Origin: Thermodesulfobacteriota bacterium
Lineage (GTDB): Bacteria > Desulfobacterota > Desulfobacteria > Desulfobacterales > SURF-7
Reading direction: 5' to 3'
Assembly (NCBI GenBank): GCA_049320885.1
Contig: JBMORA010000009.1
Span: 1 to 64,000 of the forward strand
DNA: 64,000 nt
Shown: positions 48,087 through 58,418 of the stretch, piece by piece
Layout of the letters: each line of letters starts with the position of its first letter
How positions within the stretch are numbered: position 1 is the stretch's first letter
Translations under genes and position numbers: made by a program
Notes under the pieces: model-generated
What the model saw: only the letters and a program-made list of their open reading frames with translations
Database searches by the model: none
Told to the model about the DNA's origin: nothing

Positions 48087-49499
48087 ATGGCGGAGAAAGC
48101 AGAAAAAAAAGAAAAAACCCCACGTCAACCCATGCCCGAACAGGATCCCAAGGTTCGGGCTCGAAATTTTGAGGAAGTCCCTTACGGATACAGCCCGGAA
48201 ACAGCCATGAAGGAGGCGGAACGCTGCCTGCAGTGCAAAAATCCGGCCTGTGTCAACGGATGTCCGGTGGGCGTGGATATCCCGGGTTTTATCAGCCGGA
48301 TCAAAGAGGGGGAATTTGCCAGGGCCATCACCAAAATCTGGGAGAAAAACAGCCTGCCGGCGGTCTGCGGCCGTGTCTGCCCCCAGGAGATGCAATGTGA
48401 AGGCCAGTGCATTCTGGGCAAAAAAGGAGAGCCGGTGGCCATCGGCAACCTGGAAAGATTTGCCGCGGACTACGCCCGCAACAGAGGGGAGTGCGAACTG
48501 CCCGTACAGGCCGAGCCCACCGGAAAACGCGTGGCCGTGGTGGGTTCCGGTCCGGCCGGATTGACCGTGGCCGGCGATTTGACCCTGAAAGGCCACAGCG
48601 TCACGATCTTTGAGGCCTTTCATAAACCCGGCGGGGTGCTGGTTTACGGCATTCCCGAATTCCGTCTGCCCAAGGACATCGTTTTCGCCGAAGTGGCGGC
48701 CCTGGGCGACATGGGGGTCAAGCTTGAACTCAACCAGGTCATCGGCCGGACCATCACGGTGGACGAACTGTTCGCGGATGGATACGACGCCGTTTTTCTG
48801 GGGGTCGGGGCAGGACTGCCGCGGTTCCTGAATGTACCCGGCGAGAACCTGATCGGCGTCTATTCCGCCAATGAATATCTGACCCGCTCCAACCTGATGA
48901 AGGCCTACCGCTTTCCGGAATACGACACCCCCGTTATCAAGGGCAAACATGTCATTACCCTGGGGGCTGGAAACGTGGCCATGGATTCGGCGCGCACGGC
49001 CCTGCGGCTGGGCGCGGAAAGTTCCAGCATCGTCTATCGCCGTTCCCGGGAGGAAGTGCCGGCCAGGTCTGCGGAAGTCCACCATGCCGAGGAAGAAGGC
49101 GTTCAATTCCATTTTCTGACGGCTCCGGTGAAATTCCTGGGCAATGAAAAAGGGCGGTTGACTGGAATGGTCGGTCTGAAAATGGAACTGGGGGAGCCGG
49201 ATGAATCCGGGCGCCGACGGCCGGTGGCCGTCAAAGGCTCCGAATTCGAAATGCAATGCGACCTGGCCATCATCGCCGTGGGCGCCAACGCCAACCCCTT
49301 GCTGACCGGTTCCACGGAAGGCCTGAAGCTGAACAAATGGGGGTATATCGTGGCGGATGAGGCCAGCGGCAAGACCAGCCGCAAGGCGGTCTGGGCGGGC
49401 GGCGACATCGTCACCGGATCGGCCACGGTCATCCTGGCCATGGGCGCCGGTCGTAAGGCCGCCGACTCCATGCATGATTATCTGACCAGAGGCTGGTAA
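48087..49499 (+). CDS. nfnB: Electron-bifurcating transhydrogenase large subunit (NfnB/SudA, GltD-like)
   Basis: RCLQC..P.C..GCP, CGRVCPQE.QCE, GSGPAG, YGIPEFRL, GAGNVAMD, YRR, GGDIVTG; follows nfnA. Confidence 0.9.
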   Translation: MAEKAEKKEKTPRQPMPEQDPKVRARNFEEVPYGYSPETAMKEAERCLQCKNPACVNGCPVGVDIPGFISRIKEGEFARAITKIWEKNSLPAVCGRVCPQEMQCEGQCILGKKGEPVAIGNLERFAADYARNRGECELPVQAEPTGKRVAVVGSGPAGLTVAGDLTLKGHSVTIFEAFHKPGGVLVYGIPEFRLPKDIVFAEVAALGDMGVKLELNQVIGRTITVDELFADGYDAVFLGVGAGLPRFLNVPGENLIGVYSANEYLTRSNLMKAYRFPEYDTPVIKGKHVITLGAGNVAMDSARTALRLGAESSSIVYRRSREEVPARSAEVHHAEEEGVQFHFLTAPVKFLGNEKGRLTGMVGLKMELGEPDESGRRRPVAVKGSEFEMQCDLAIIAVGANANPLLTGSTEGLKLNKWGYIVADEASGKTSRKAVWAGGDIVTGSATVILAMGAGRKAADSMHDYLTRGW

Positions 49500-49668
49500 A
49501 TCGGCTCAGGTTCCGAACAGCAAGAGCAATCGAGGCCGCGCCGTCCGTTTTCCCGTTCCGGGCGGCCTGTGGCGGCGCAGCTTCCGTTTGCCTGAATTGG
49601 TTTCGCTTCCCTGCGCAACGCCCTTGCGCACGACCTGACCCTGAAAACCGGGTTTCTAACCGGACTGC

Positions 49669-50478
49669 ATGAAAAGACGCTATCACAGGGTTCTGACCAT
49701 CGCCGGCTCGGACAGCGGCGGCGGCGCCGGCATCCAGGCGGATCTGAAAACCATAGCTGCCCTGGGCTGTTACGGCCTGTCAGTGATTACCGCCGTCACG
49801 GCCCAGAACACGACCGGTGTCACGGCGGTTCACGCGGTTCCCGGTGATATCCTGGCAGCCCAGCTAACGGCGGTTTTGACCGATATGGGCGCCGACGCCG
49901 TCAAGATCGGCATGCTGCTTTCCCCGGAAGCCGTCCGCATTATCGCCGATGGCCTTTCCCATTCACCCCTTCCGCCGATTGTGCTGGATCCGGTCATGTC
50001 CGCCCAGAGCGGAGGTCAGCTGCTTCATGATGACGCCCTGGAGGTCTTGAAAACATTCCTTCTACCCAGGGTCCATGTCCTCACTCCCAATCTGCCCGAG
50101 GCGGAACGACTATTAAACAGGAAGATCAGGACCGCAGGCGACATGCCCCGGGCGGCCCGGGATCTGGCCGGCTTCGGCAGCCGGAACATCCTGTTGAAAG
50201 GCGGCCATCTGGAAGCGGATCAGTGCGTTGACTGGCTGTATCTGGTGGAGGAAAACCGGTTGCTGGAGTTTCCGGGCGAGCGGGTGCAAACCCGAAACGA
50301 TCACGGCACCGGCTGCACCCTGTCCGCCGCCGTGGCCGCCCTGCTGGCCAGGGGCGAATCCGTTGCGGCTGCCGTGGCCGGAGCGAAACATTTTCTCACC
50401 AAGGCCCTGAAGGCCGGCGAATCCTATCGGATCGGTCGTGGCCGCGGCCCCCTGCATCATTTTCATGCCTACTGGTAG
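49669..50478 (+). CDS. thiD: Hydroxymethylpyrimidine/phosphomethylpyrimidine kinase
   Basis: LTIAGSDSGGGAGIQADLK, VLDPVM, TPNLPEA, KGGH, HGTGCTLS. Confidence 0.96.
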   Translation: MKRRYHRVLTIAGSDSGGGAGIQADLKTIAALGCYGLSVITAVTAQNTTGVTAVHAVPGDILAAQLTAVLTDMGADAVKIGMLLSPEAVRIIADGLSHSPLPPIVLDPVMSAQSGGQLLHDDALEVLKTFLLPRVHVLTPNLPEAERLLNRKIRTAGDMPRAARDLAGFGSRNILLKGGHLEADQCVDWLYLVEENRLLEFPGERVQTRNDHGTGCTLSAAVAALLARGESVAAAVAGAKHFLTKALKAGESYRIGRGRGPLHHFHAYW

Positions 50479-50481
50479 CGG

Positions 50482-52062
50482 TCATTCATCCCATCCCTTC
50501 GCCACGGGAGATCCGTGCCGGAAGGAGTGGACGCCCTTGGGTAGGTTTATGAAAAGCCTTTCCTGGCGCGGCAGACATCGGCCCACCTGGTGGGCGGCGG
50601 GCAGTTTTTCCCGCAAGGATTCGAAAACATCCGGCTTGCAGGCAAACAGCAATTCATAGTCCTCGCCCCCGGAAAGCACCGTCGCGAGAGGGTCGGCCTT
50701 GTATTTCCGGCAATAGGAGATCAATTCCGGAGCCATATCCTGACGGGAAAGGCACCATTCGATGGAGATATTCGAGGCTTCGGCGATGTGGCCGGCATCG
50801 CCGCTCAGGCCGTCGCTGATATCGGTAACGCAGGCCACACCGTGGTCGGCCAGAATCTCCGCCGCATCGAAGCGCGGCCGGGGGATTTTGAAGCACCGGA
50901 CCAGCTGGGGAAAATCCGGATCGTTGCGGATCAGCAGGTCCAAGCCGGCCCGGGCCAGGCCCAGGGGGCCGGTACAGTAAAGTCCGTCTCCGGGGAGTGC
51001 TCCCGACCGGCGTGGAAACCCATCCGGCCGGCCTTCGCCGACGGCGAACAAATCCAGGGCCAGGCGATCTCCGGCGGAAATGTTGCCGCCGCCCAAAACG
51101 CATCCATACCGCCGCAGGGCCTGACCGATTCCAGTGTACAGTTCCTCGGCGGTTCTCCCGGAAACATATGGTGCCAGCGTTAAATTGATGAACAGGCCGA
51201 CCGGTTTCGCAAAACAGGCCGCCAGATCGCTCAGGGTAACGGCAACCGCTTTTTGACCGATTTCCCCGGGTGTCTGCCAGTCCAGGCGGAAATGAACCCC
51301 TTCCCGCTGGGTGTCCGTGGTGATCACCGGTGAGCGCAAGGCGGACAACAGGCAGGCGTCATCGCCGGGGGGGATGCGCAAGACGTTGTCATCCGTGGGA
51401 CATCCGGCCGAAGCGAGTTCCAGCAGTTTTCGGATCAGGCCGAATTCATCGCTCCAGGGGGCATCGATTCTGTCCCGGGAGGGGCAGCCGCAGGATGCGG
51501 CCATTTGTCGAACGGAAGCGTTTCCGGCCATCCGGTTGCTTGCGGCGACACCGGCGGCGCCATGGACGAGATATCGGGCCGCCCGTTCCGGATTCATCAC
51601 GCCCGCGATGACCACCGGCAACCGGTACCGCTTGGAAATGGCACCCGGGCTGGCTGCGCCGGTGTCGGAGGATCCGACTTCCAGATAGTCATAGGCCGTA
51701 AGGATGTCCGCTGCGTCTTCCGTTTTTTCCAGCGAATAGCCGACAAGGGCGCCAGGACCCAGCAGGGCACGAATTTCATCCGGATGTTCCGGTTTCGCTT
51801 GCAGATGCACACCGTCGGCCTCCAGGGCTTTCGCCAGCATCACATTGTCCTGAACCACAAACGGAATCCGGTTGCAGCGGCACAGATCCCGAACCGCCAT
51901 ACCTTCCCGCAAGTGGCGGCAGGAACCATCCGGCTGGTTGTACCGGATCATGGTAGCGCCGGCTGTAAGCGCCGCCGCCACCTGCCGAAGCAGGGTCCCG
52001 TGGCCGCCCTCTCCATCGGTGACGTAGATGAAACGCAGGTGGGTGGTGTTTTGAAAGCTCAT
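50482..52062 (-). CDS. thiL: Thiamine-phosphate kinase with N-terminal degenerate ThiE-like domain
   Basis: True start ATG 52062; N-terminal YVTD..AAL.AGA..ADGVHL; C-terminal EFGLI, GDDA, TTD, SDLAA, GGN, DISDGL, GGEDYELL. Confidence 0.9.
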   Translation of the reverse strand: MSFQNTTHLRFIYVTDGEGGHGTLLRQVAAALTAGATMIRYNQPDGSCRHLREGMAVRDLCRCNRIPFVVQDNVMLAKALEADGVHLQAKPEHPDEIRALLGPGALVGYSLEKTEDAADILTAYDYLEVGSSDTGAASPGAISKRYRLPVVIAGVMNPERAARYLVHGAAGVAASNRMAGNASVRQMAASCGCPSRDRIDAPWSDEFGLIRKLLELASAGCPTDDNVLRIPPGDDACLLSALRSPVITTDTQREGVHFRLDWQTPGEIGQKAVAVTLSDLAACFAKPVGLFINLTLAPYVSGRTAEELYTGIGQALRRYGCVLGGGNISAGDRLALDLFAVGEGRPDGFPRRSGALPGDGLYCTGPLGLARAGLDLLIRNDPDFPQLVRCFKIPRPRFDAAEILADHGVACVTDISDGLSGDAGHIAEASNISIEWCLSRQDMAPELISYCRKYKADPLATVLSGGEDYELLFACKPDVFESLREKLPAAHQVGRCLPRQERLFINLPKGVHSFRHGSPVAKGWDE

Positions 52063-52066
52063 GGCG

Positions 52067-52618
52067 CTATCGGTAATCGAAGAATTCCGCCCATTCCTGG
52101 AAACGATCGGCCTTGTCCTGGCCGAAGGGGAGCAACGAGGCGATGACCTGGGCCAGTGTTTTTTCCTCTCCGCCGGAAGCGGAATCCTTGGAATAAAACT
52201 TGTCGGCGAAACAGACGATCTTCTCTTCCAGCGACACCGGCAGCATGTCCCGGGCGGGCAGCGGCAAGCGATACCGCCGGATTTCCTCCGCCGTGATACC
52301 AACGCCCACATGACGTTCACAGACCAGCGCGTGGCGGGGAAAGCCCCGTTTATCCATCTCCAGGCGTCCCAGATAGCCATGGGCCACGTAACGGTGGGCG
52401 CCGTGGCAGCCGATTTTGCTCGCCCGGGTATAGACAATGCCGATATCATGAAGCAAGGCCGCCTCATGGATGAAAGGGATATCCGGCTGCAAATGCCGGA
52501 CCCGTTCCGCGATGGCGACGGCCTTTTCAGCGACCTGCTCACTGTGGCGCACCAGAATGGCATGGGCTTTCGAACCCGGCCGATAATAGTCCTCGATCAA
52601 TTCGTATGGATTCATCAT
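52067..52618 (-). CDS. HDIG-domain metal-dependent phosphohydrolase
   Basis: HSEQVA, ALLHDIG, HG, ERHVG, ADKF. Confidence 0.9.
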   Translation of the reverse strand: MMNPYELIEDYYRPGSKAHAILVRHSEQVAEKAVAIAERVRHLQPDIPFIHEAALLHDIGIVYTRASKIGCHGAHRYVAHGYLGRLEMDKRGFPRHALVCERHVGVGITAEEIRRYRLPLPARDMLPVSLEEKIVCFADKFYSKDSASGGEEKTLAQVIASLLPFGQDKADRFQEWAEFFDYR

Positions 52619-52667
52619 CTGTCGAAAGCCGTTACATGGGGCCGGACTGCCGGCCCCTTTGATGGCG

Positions 52668-53766
52668 TTATCTCTTCAGGGAAAGGAGCGCACCCTCGAT
52701 GAACGGGTCGATTCCGCCGTCCAACACCTGGTTGACATTGCCGACTTCCAGATTGATCCGATGATCCTTCACCAGCTGATAGGGATGCAACACATAGGAT
52801 CGGATCTGGCTTCCCCAGGCGATGTCATCCTTGCTGTCATGCAGGGCCTGCATCTTTTTATCCTGTTTTTGCTGCTCGCTCTGATACAGACGGGACCGCA
52901 GTACTTTCATGGCCAAATCCTTGTTGCGATGCTGGGATTTTTCCTGCTGGCATTGCACGACGATACCGGTGGGCAGGTGGGTGATCCTGACGGCGCTGCT
53001 GGTCTTGTTCACGTGCTGTCCGCCGGAGCCGCTGGCCCTGTAAACGTCGATGCGCAGATCCTTTTCTTCTATGTTGACGACGATTTCCTGGTTCAATTCC
53101 GGATAGACAAAAACCGCTGCAAAAGACGTATGGCGTTTCCCGCTGGCGTTGAAAGGGGAAATCCGCACCAGCCGATGCACGCCTGTCTCCATTTTCATAT
53201 ATCCGAACGCATAATCACCGCTCGCGGTGAAGGTCACGCTTTTGATCCCGGCTTCATCGCCGGGTTGCAGGTCGATGAGACTCAGTCCATAGCCTTTGCG
53301 ATCAACCCAGCGCGTGTACATCCGGAACAGCATTTCCGCCCAGTCCTGGGAATCGGTTCCCCCCGCTCCCGCATTGATGGACACAATGGCGTTGCTTTGG
53401 TCATGTTCACCGTCCAGCATCAAATTCAATGAAAACCGCTGAATTTCGCTGGAGATACGCCTCAATTCGGCGCCGACCTCCTGGATCGTTGCGTCATCGG
53501 CTTCCTCCACGGCCAGTTCCAGGAGCATGCCGGCTTCATCCAGGTCCTTGTTGAGCCTGTTCCAGGCCGAAACCTTGGATTCGAGGACGGTACGTTCCTT
53601 CAGGATGTCTTTGGTCTTTTCCGGCTGGTCCCAGAAGCCTTCCCGGGCGGTCATGGCCTCGATTTCCTTCAGCCGTTTTTCCTTGGCAGGCAGGTCAAAG
53701 ACAGCCTTTCAGCTGTTCCAGCTTTTCGGACGATTCTTGTATCATGGTTTTCAGATCGTGTGCCAT
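52668..53766 (-). CDS. prfB: Peptide chain release factor 2, programmed +1 frameshift
   Basis: ATG 53766 gives MAHDLK...KGCL then CTT-TGA-C at 53700-53694; +1 frame continues DLPAKEKRL...; SPF and GGQ motifs. Confidence 0.97.
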
Positions 53767-53777
53767 TGGTTCGCCTC

Positions 53778-55337
53778 CTATGGTGTTTGACCTTTTTTTG
53801 TATATCGCCACACGAGAAAAAGCAATACGATAGCCAGACAACCAGCTGCAAAAACATCACCGAAGCGCGAATACACCGTTTTATCCCGGATCAGGGGCAT
53901 TGGTCGGGTCAAGGCGGCGTCTTCAAACAAGGCGGTCGCTGCGGTAATGCGGCCGATCGGATCGATGAAGCCGCTGATCCCGGTATTGGCGGCCCGGGCC
54001 AGGGACCTTCTGTTTTCCACCGCCCGGAAAAGGGCCATGGAAAGATGCTGATAGGGGGCGCCGGTTTTTCCGAACCAGGCATCATTGGTGATATTGATCA
54101 GCAGGTCGGCCTGGTTGTCGGCCATGGAGCGGGAAAGCTCCGGAAAGATGATTTCAAAACAGATCTGAACGCCGAGCCTGTTGCCGGACCAGTGGAGGGT
54201 CGCCCCTTTTTTCCCGCCCCGGAAATCTCCTACCTGGGCCACCAGTTTTCCGAGAAACGGAAACCATTTTTTCAGGGGCACGTATTCACCATATGGAACC
54301 AGATGGACTTTGTCGTATTTCTGGAGGGGCCGGCCGGCGGGATCCATCAGGTAGGCGCTGTTATAATATTCGAGCCGGCCGATCTCCCGTATGAAGGAAG
54401 GGCTCCCGATGAGAAAATACGTTCCGATGTCGCGGATTCCATTCTGAACCAGCCAGGTGAGTTTTGTCGCGTGGGGCGCCAAAAAATAAAACGGCGTCGC
54501 CGTTTCCGGCCACACGATCAAATCCGGTTTTTCCGCTGCCGCCCGGCGGGACAAGGATAGATATTTCCGAACGGTGGCGGCCTGGAAAGCCGGATCCCAT
54601 TTGACCGACTGGTCGATGTTGCCCTGGATCACGCTGATGGTTTTTTGGGCTGCTCCCGCCATCCGGGCCTCCAAGAACCCGATCCGATGATTGCCGTAGG
54701 TCCAGGCGGCGACGGCGGCGGACAGGAAGGCCACGCCCGTGAACACGGCCGTTTTCCGGGCCACGGCGTTTCCCTGCCAATCCCTGCGAAACCAATACAT
54801 GACCAGCAGGAAAAGCGCGGCGTTGGCCATGACGATCAGAAAGGATACACCATATACGCCTGTCAGGTCGGCCAGCTGGATCAGCGGCAGGACCTGATAT
54901 TGGGAATACCCCAGGCATCCCCAGGGGAAACCGCTCAGCAGGTAGGTGCGGATCCATTCAAGCGCCGTCCACAGCGCCGGAATGAAAAAAAGGAATCCTG
55001 CAGTCGGGCGGGGCCAGAACCGGCAACAGAGATAGGCAAACCCGGCCCAATACAGCGCCAGATAGAAACACAATAAGACCAGCAGCGACACGCTGACAAC
55101 GGCGGGCAGCTGGCCGTAGAGGGTCATGGTTCCAACCAGCCAGTACAAGAGCGTCAGATAATGGGAAAGCCCGGCGATCAGGCCCAGGGAGAATCCCCGG
55201 GCCGCTGTAGCCTTGCGAAAGCTGAGCAGCAGCGGAACCAGCGCCAGCCATGCAAGCCCGTAACCGTCCGCCCGGGGGAAAGCCAAGGTGAGGAGGAGTC
55301 CGCTGCCGATTGCCGATAAAACCGCTTTTCGATTCAT
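53778..55337 (-). CDS. lnt: Apolipoprotein N-acyltransferase
   Basis: Multiple TMs, GFPWG, QGNI, WPETA, KVHLVPYGE, ICFE, TNDAWF, RAVE, ANTGIS; lnt-prfB synteny. Confidence 0.96.
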   Translation of the reverse strand: MNRKAVLSAIGSGLLLTLAFPRADGYGLAWLALVPLLLSFRKATAARGFSLGLIAGLSHYLTLLYWLVGTMTLYGQLPAVVSVSLLVLLCFYLALYWAGFAYLCCRFWPRPTAGFLFFIPALWTALEWIRTYLLSGFPWGCLGYSQYQVLPLIQLADLTGVYGVSFLIVMANAALFLLVMYWFRRDWQGNAVARKTAVFTGVAFLSAAVAAWTYGNHRIGFLEARMAGAAQKTISVIQGNIDQSVKWDPAFQAATVRKYLSLSRRAAAEKPDLIVWPETATPFYFLAPHATKLTWLVQNGIRDIGTYFLIGSPSFIREIGRLEYYNSAYLMDPAGRPLQKYDKVHLVPYGEYVPLKKWFPFLGKLVAQVGDFRGGKKGATLHWSGNRLGVQICFEIIFPELSRSMADNQADLLINITNDAWFGKTGAPYQHLSMALFRAVENRRSLARAANTGISGFIDPIGRITAATALFEDAALTRPMPLIRDKTVYSRFGDVFAAGCLAIVLLFLVWRYTKKGQTP

Positions 55338-55637
55338 GTCTGTACGATACCCGATCCCGCTGGTGAAAATGGCGTCCATGCGCATCCTTCCCATACGGGA
55401 ATGCCGTTTTTTTTGCAAGACCGGCATGGCGGGTCGCTGTGAAATCCATTTGAGTTTTACACCCGGTTATGATATTCTTTTTAAACAATTACCATTCCAA
55501 AGAAAATTCGGTGCACGATATTTGCTCCTGGCATTTCGTTCGTTTCCCAAGACCAGTTGATTCGAATCAGGCACATAACGGTTGACTGGCATTTCCGATA
55601 ATCCATCCGAAAGGAAAAAACAACACGGGGTGAGCTG

Positions 55638-55946
55638 ATGAGTGAGATCTCCAGAAACAGCAGCGGGATTGTCGTCAAACCCGGAAAAGATATTGTGGCC
55701 TCCATGGCAAACGAATTCAGGTCGGAACTCTACAATCTGGTGCAGGAAGGCCCGAAGGAGCTGATCGTCGATCTGGAGGGCGTGGCCATCATCGATTCGG
55801 TGGGCATCGGCGTCATGATCGCGACGCATAACTCCCTGAACAAGGTCGGCGGGAAGCTGAAAATCATCCATGCCGAAAAGAATATCTATGATTTGTTCAG
55901 CACGATGCGGCTCAACCGGCATTTCACGGTGGAAGGCGACGGCTGA
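55638..55946 (+). CDS. STAS-domain anti-sigma-factor antagonist
   Basis: VDLEGVAIIDSVGIG phosphoserine motif. Confidence 0.88.
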   Translation: MSEISRNSSGIVVKPGKDIVASMANEFRSELYNLVQEGPKELIVDLEGVAIIDSVGIGVMIATHNSLNKVGGKLKIIHAEKNIYDLFSTMRLNRHFTVEGDG

Positions 55947-56068
55947 TCAGGTCGGATCGGAGGGGGCCGGGGCCGACGGTTTCCCGCGCAAGTTCGCACC
56001 GGGTAACCGGCAAAAAGAATTTTCGGACGCTCGGCGCAAAACCGGGCATGCCGCCCCGGGCGTCCGTG

Positions 56069-56881
56069 TCAGGAATTGATTACATCGGATTCCTTTGCCT
56101 TTTCCGTCCGGTCTTCCGTTGCGTGTGTTTCTTCGATCAGTTGCATGGCCGGGTCATTGTTGCCGCCGAGCAACAACGGATGGTTGCCCTCCAGCTGCAA
56201 AAATTTGAATTTGGCCAGCTCCATTTCCATATTCATGGCGCGCAGCTTCAATTTATACTGCAGGTAAATCCAGAAAAAGACAACGGAAACGACGATGCCG
56301 GAAACGATGGCGGGTATCCACCAGTAACGGGTCAGCCAAGTCATGGCGACACCACCGGTATATTTTACGATTTCAGGAATATACCAGAAAAGAAAAATGA
56401 CAATGATGGAGAGCAGCATAAACCAGATGATGTTGATCTGGCTCAACCGGTTCAGGGCGGCCACAAATTTTCCCGGGGCTTCGGCCGGTTCGTTCTCGCC
56501 GGGATCCACCGCCTGAAAATAGGCTTTGGTGAGCAGCAGGACCAGAAACGCAATCCCGATGGGCACGCCCACGGAAATGAGAATCCAGGCTTTCCAGGGA
56601 AACGGGATGATCTCCTCGACTTCTTTCACCAGAAGATAGGTCTGTTGGTTCACAACGCTGCCGTAAGTATTGAAGGCCACCCGTTCGTTCGGTTTTAGTT
56701 TTTCCGGATTATGGATATACGTCTGGGCCATTTCCTGGGTAATGGGCGTTTCGGTGCGTTTTACCACATCCTGCTGATAGGCCAGGGTGAGCAGGATGAT
56801 CAACAGTTCAAGGGCGCACACGGCGATGGCGATAATTTTCAATATGCCGTCACGATCCTTGTCATGGATGATTTTTTTCAT
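56069..56881 (-). CDS. Hypothetical integral membrane protein (~4 TM)
   Basis: Hydrophobic segments; AAGGA RBS; co-oriented with the ABC1 kinase gene. Confidence 0.75.
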   Translation of the reverse strand: MKKIIHDKDRDGILKIIAIAVCALELLIILLTLAYQQDVVKRTETPITQEMAQTYIHNPEKLKPNERVAFNTYGSVVNQQTYLLVKEVEEIIPFPWKAWILISVGVPIGIAFLVLLLTKAYFQAVDPGENEPAEAPGKFVAALNRLSQINIIWFMLLSIIVIFLFWYIPEIVKYTGGVAMTWLTRYWWIPAIVSGIVVSVVFFWIYLQYKLKLRAMNMEMELAKFKFLQLEGNHPLLLGGNNDPAMQLIEETHATEDRTEKAKESDVINS

Positions 56882-56935
56882 GTCGTTCCTTACGCACCGC
56901 TTCTCGCGGCGCAGCTGCTTTTAGGGGCAGGGTTG

Positions 56936-58324
56936 TCATGGTTCCATTTCGGACATGGGGCATTTTACCGGGGAATACGCGGTTGTCAACCGATATTCAT
57001 CCGCATCCAGCTTATCCAATTTCTCCATCAGTTTTTCCGCAAAGATGTCCATATCGAACAGAATGTCCCGGTAACTGTCGAAATAGAGAAATTGTTTGAT
57101 CAGCAAGGTGAATTCCCGGGGAAAACGGATACCGTGCTCTTGACCGATTCTCACGATTTCCAGCAGGAAATCCTCCGGGGCCGGCAAGGTCCCGGGTTCG
57201 CGGACCGGATCCCAATCTTCGGATATATCGGTTGATTGATACAGGGCTTTCAAGTCGTCGGCAAGCCGGACGGTATCGACTTTTTTCTTGGTCATGCCGA
57301 TGGCCGCCATGGCCCGGGCCATCAGCGGAATATCGCCCGTGATCATGGACGTCAACAGGGAGCTGACTCCCTCCCGGGTTCTTCGGGAAATATGGCCGAC
57401 GATTCCGAAGTCGATAAAACCCACGCGTCCGTCCGCGAGGACCAGCAGGTTGCCGGCATGTAAATCGGCATGAAAGAGCCGGCAGGCGGTGACACTGTCC
57501 AGCCAGGTGCTGAAGGCCGCGTTCAGAATAGCGTGGGGCCGATCCGTGGATTCCAACAATTGCTTTCGGTCGGTCACGGGGATGCCGTCGAGGCGCTCCA
57601 GGGTCAGGACGCGCTTTGTGGCGGCATGGGAAAAAATCCGGGGGGTCACCACCGCCGTATTGCCGGTATCCTTCAGGTAGTCCGCAAAAATCTGGATATT
57701 CTCCGCTTCCTTTTTAAAGTCGCATTCTTCCATCACCGTTCGGCGGATTTCCGCGAGAATTCCCGAAAGGGAAGCGTGCTTCAGGCCAGGTACCAGGAAT
57801 TCCAACAAATTAGCCGCAAAAAACAGAAAATTGAGATCCGTTGTCAGGGTCTCCCGGACCCCGGGGCGTTGAATTTTTATCACCGCGTTTTCACCGCTCA
57901 CCAGGCGGGCGGCGTGAACCTGTGCAATGGAGGCGGAGGCCAGGGGGGTGCTGGAAATAAAGGAAAAAATATCCTCCATGTACCGGTTTCCGAGTTCTTT
58001 TTTCAGGATTTTTTTTATCTGCGCAAAGGGTACGGGCTCGGTACGGTCCAGACAGCGTTGAAATTCCTTCACATAGTTTTCAGGGAAAAGGGATGGAGAA
58101 CTGGCGATGAATTGTCCCAGCTTGATATACGTCGCTCCCAGGCGCTCGAAGGCTCTGCGAAGGAGCACCGGTGAAGGCGGCCGGTCCTGAAGAACATAAT
58201 CCAGGCCGGTTTTGACAAGAGCGCCCGCTGTCTGGCGGATTCTTTTGAAACCGTTGATACCCAGGGATACGGCGGATGGAATTTCTTGGTAAAGCTCCTG
58301 AAGCATTTCAATCCCGGTTGACAA
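56936..58324 (-). CDS. ABC1/UbiB/AarF-family atypical kinase
   Basis: LGATYIKLGQ, PLASASIAQVH, IKIQRP, E.DF..EA, HADLHAGN, IDFG; start may be ATG 58306. Confidence 0.93.
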   Translation of the reverse strand: MSTGIEMLQELYQEIPSAVSLGINGFKRIRQTAGALVKTGLDYVLQDRPPSPVLLRRAFERLGATYIKLGQFIASSPSLFPENYVKEFQRCLDRTEPVPFAQIKKILKKELGNRYMEDIFSFISSTPLASASIAQVHAARLVSGENAVIKIQRPGVRETLTTDLNFLFFAANLLEFLVPGLKHASLSGILAEIRRTVMEECDFKKEAENIQIFADYLKDTGNTAVVTPRIFSHAATKRVLTLERLDGIPVTDRKQLLESTDRPHAILNAAFSTWLDSVTACRLFHADLHAGNLLVLADGRVGFIDFGIVGHISRRTREGVSSLLTSMITGDIPLMARAMAAIGMTKKKVDTVRLADDLKALYQSTDISEDWDPVREPGTLPAPEDFLLEIVRIGQEHGIRFPREFTLLIKQFLYFDSYRDILFDMDIFAEKLMEKLDKLDADEYRLTTAYSPVKCPMSEMEP

Positions 58325-58354
58325 AAAAAAGGAATTGCCGCTATCGGCAATTCC
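58323..58354 (-). terminator. Intrinsic terminator
   Basis: GGAATTGCCG-ctat-CGGCAATTCC perfect 10-bp stem with an 8-nt U tract on the minus strand. Confidence 0.8.
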
Positions 58355-58418
58355 CTGATGCTATACATTTTTTATATGTCTTGGCAAGAGGGTTCGACGG
58401 CTGAAACCGTCTGGCCCA

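Noticed and set aside
48087..49499. Glutamate synthase small subunit (gltD)
   Set aside because: No gltB adjacent; pairing with an NfnA/SudB gene indicates Nfn transhydrogenase
49500..49668. Possible TPP riboswitch upstream of thiD
   Set aside because: Only GACCTGA is present; the CTGAGA motif and the P4/P5 pattern are absent
52063..52563. N-terminal 167-aa extension of the 693-aa thiL ORF call
   Set aside because: Overlaps the HDIG gene in another frame; the real start is ATG 52062
55510..55526. Sigma54-like site upstream of the STAS gene (GTGCACGATATTTGCT)
   Set aside because: The invariant -24 GG reads TG at the required spacing
58383..58418. GGTTCGA suggesting a tRNA T-loop
   Set aside because: No cloverleaf or acceptor stem; only a small hairpin
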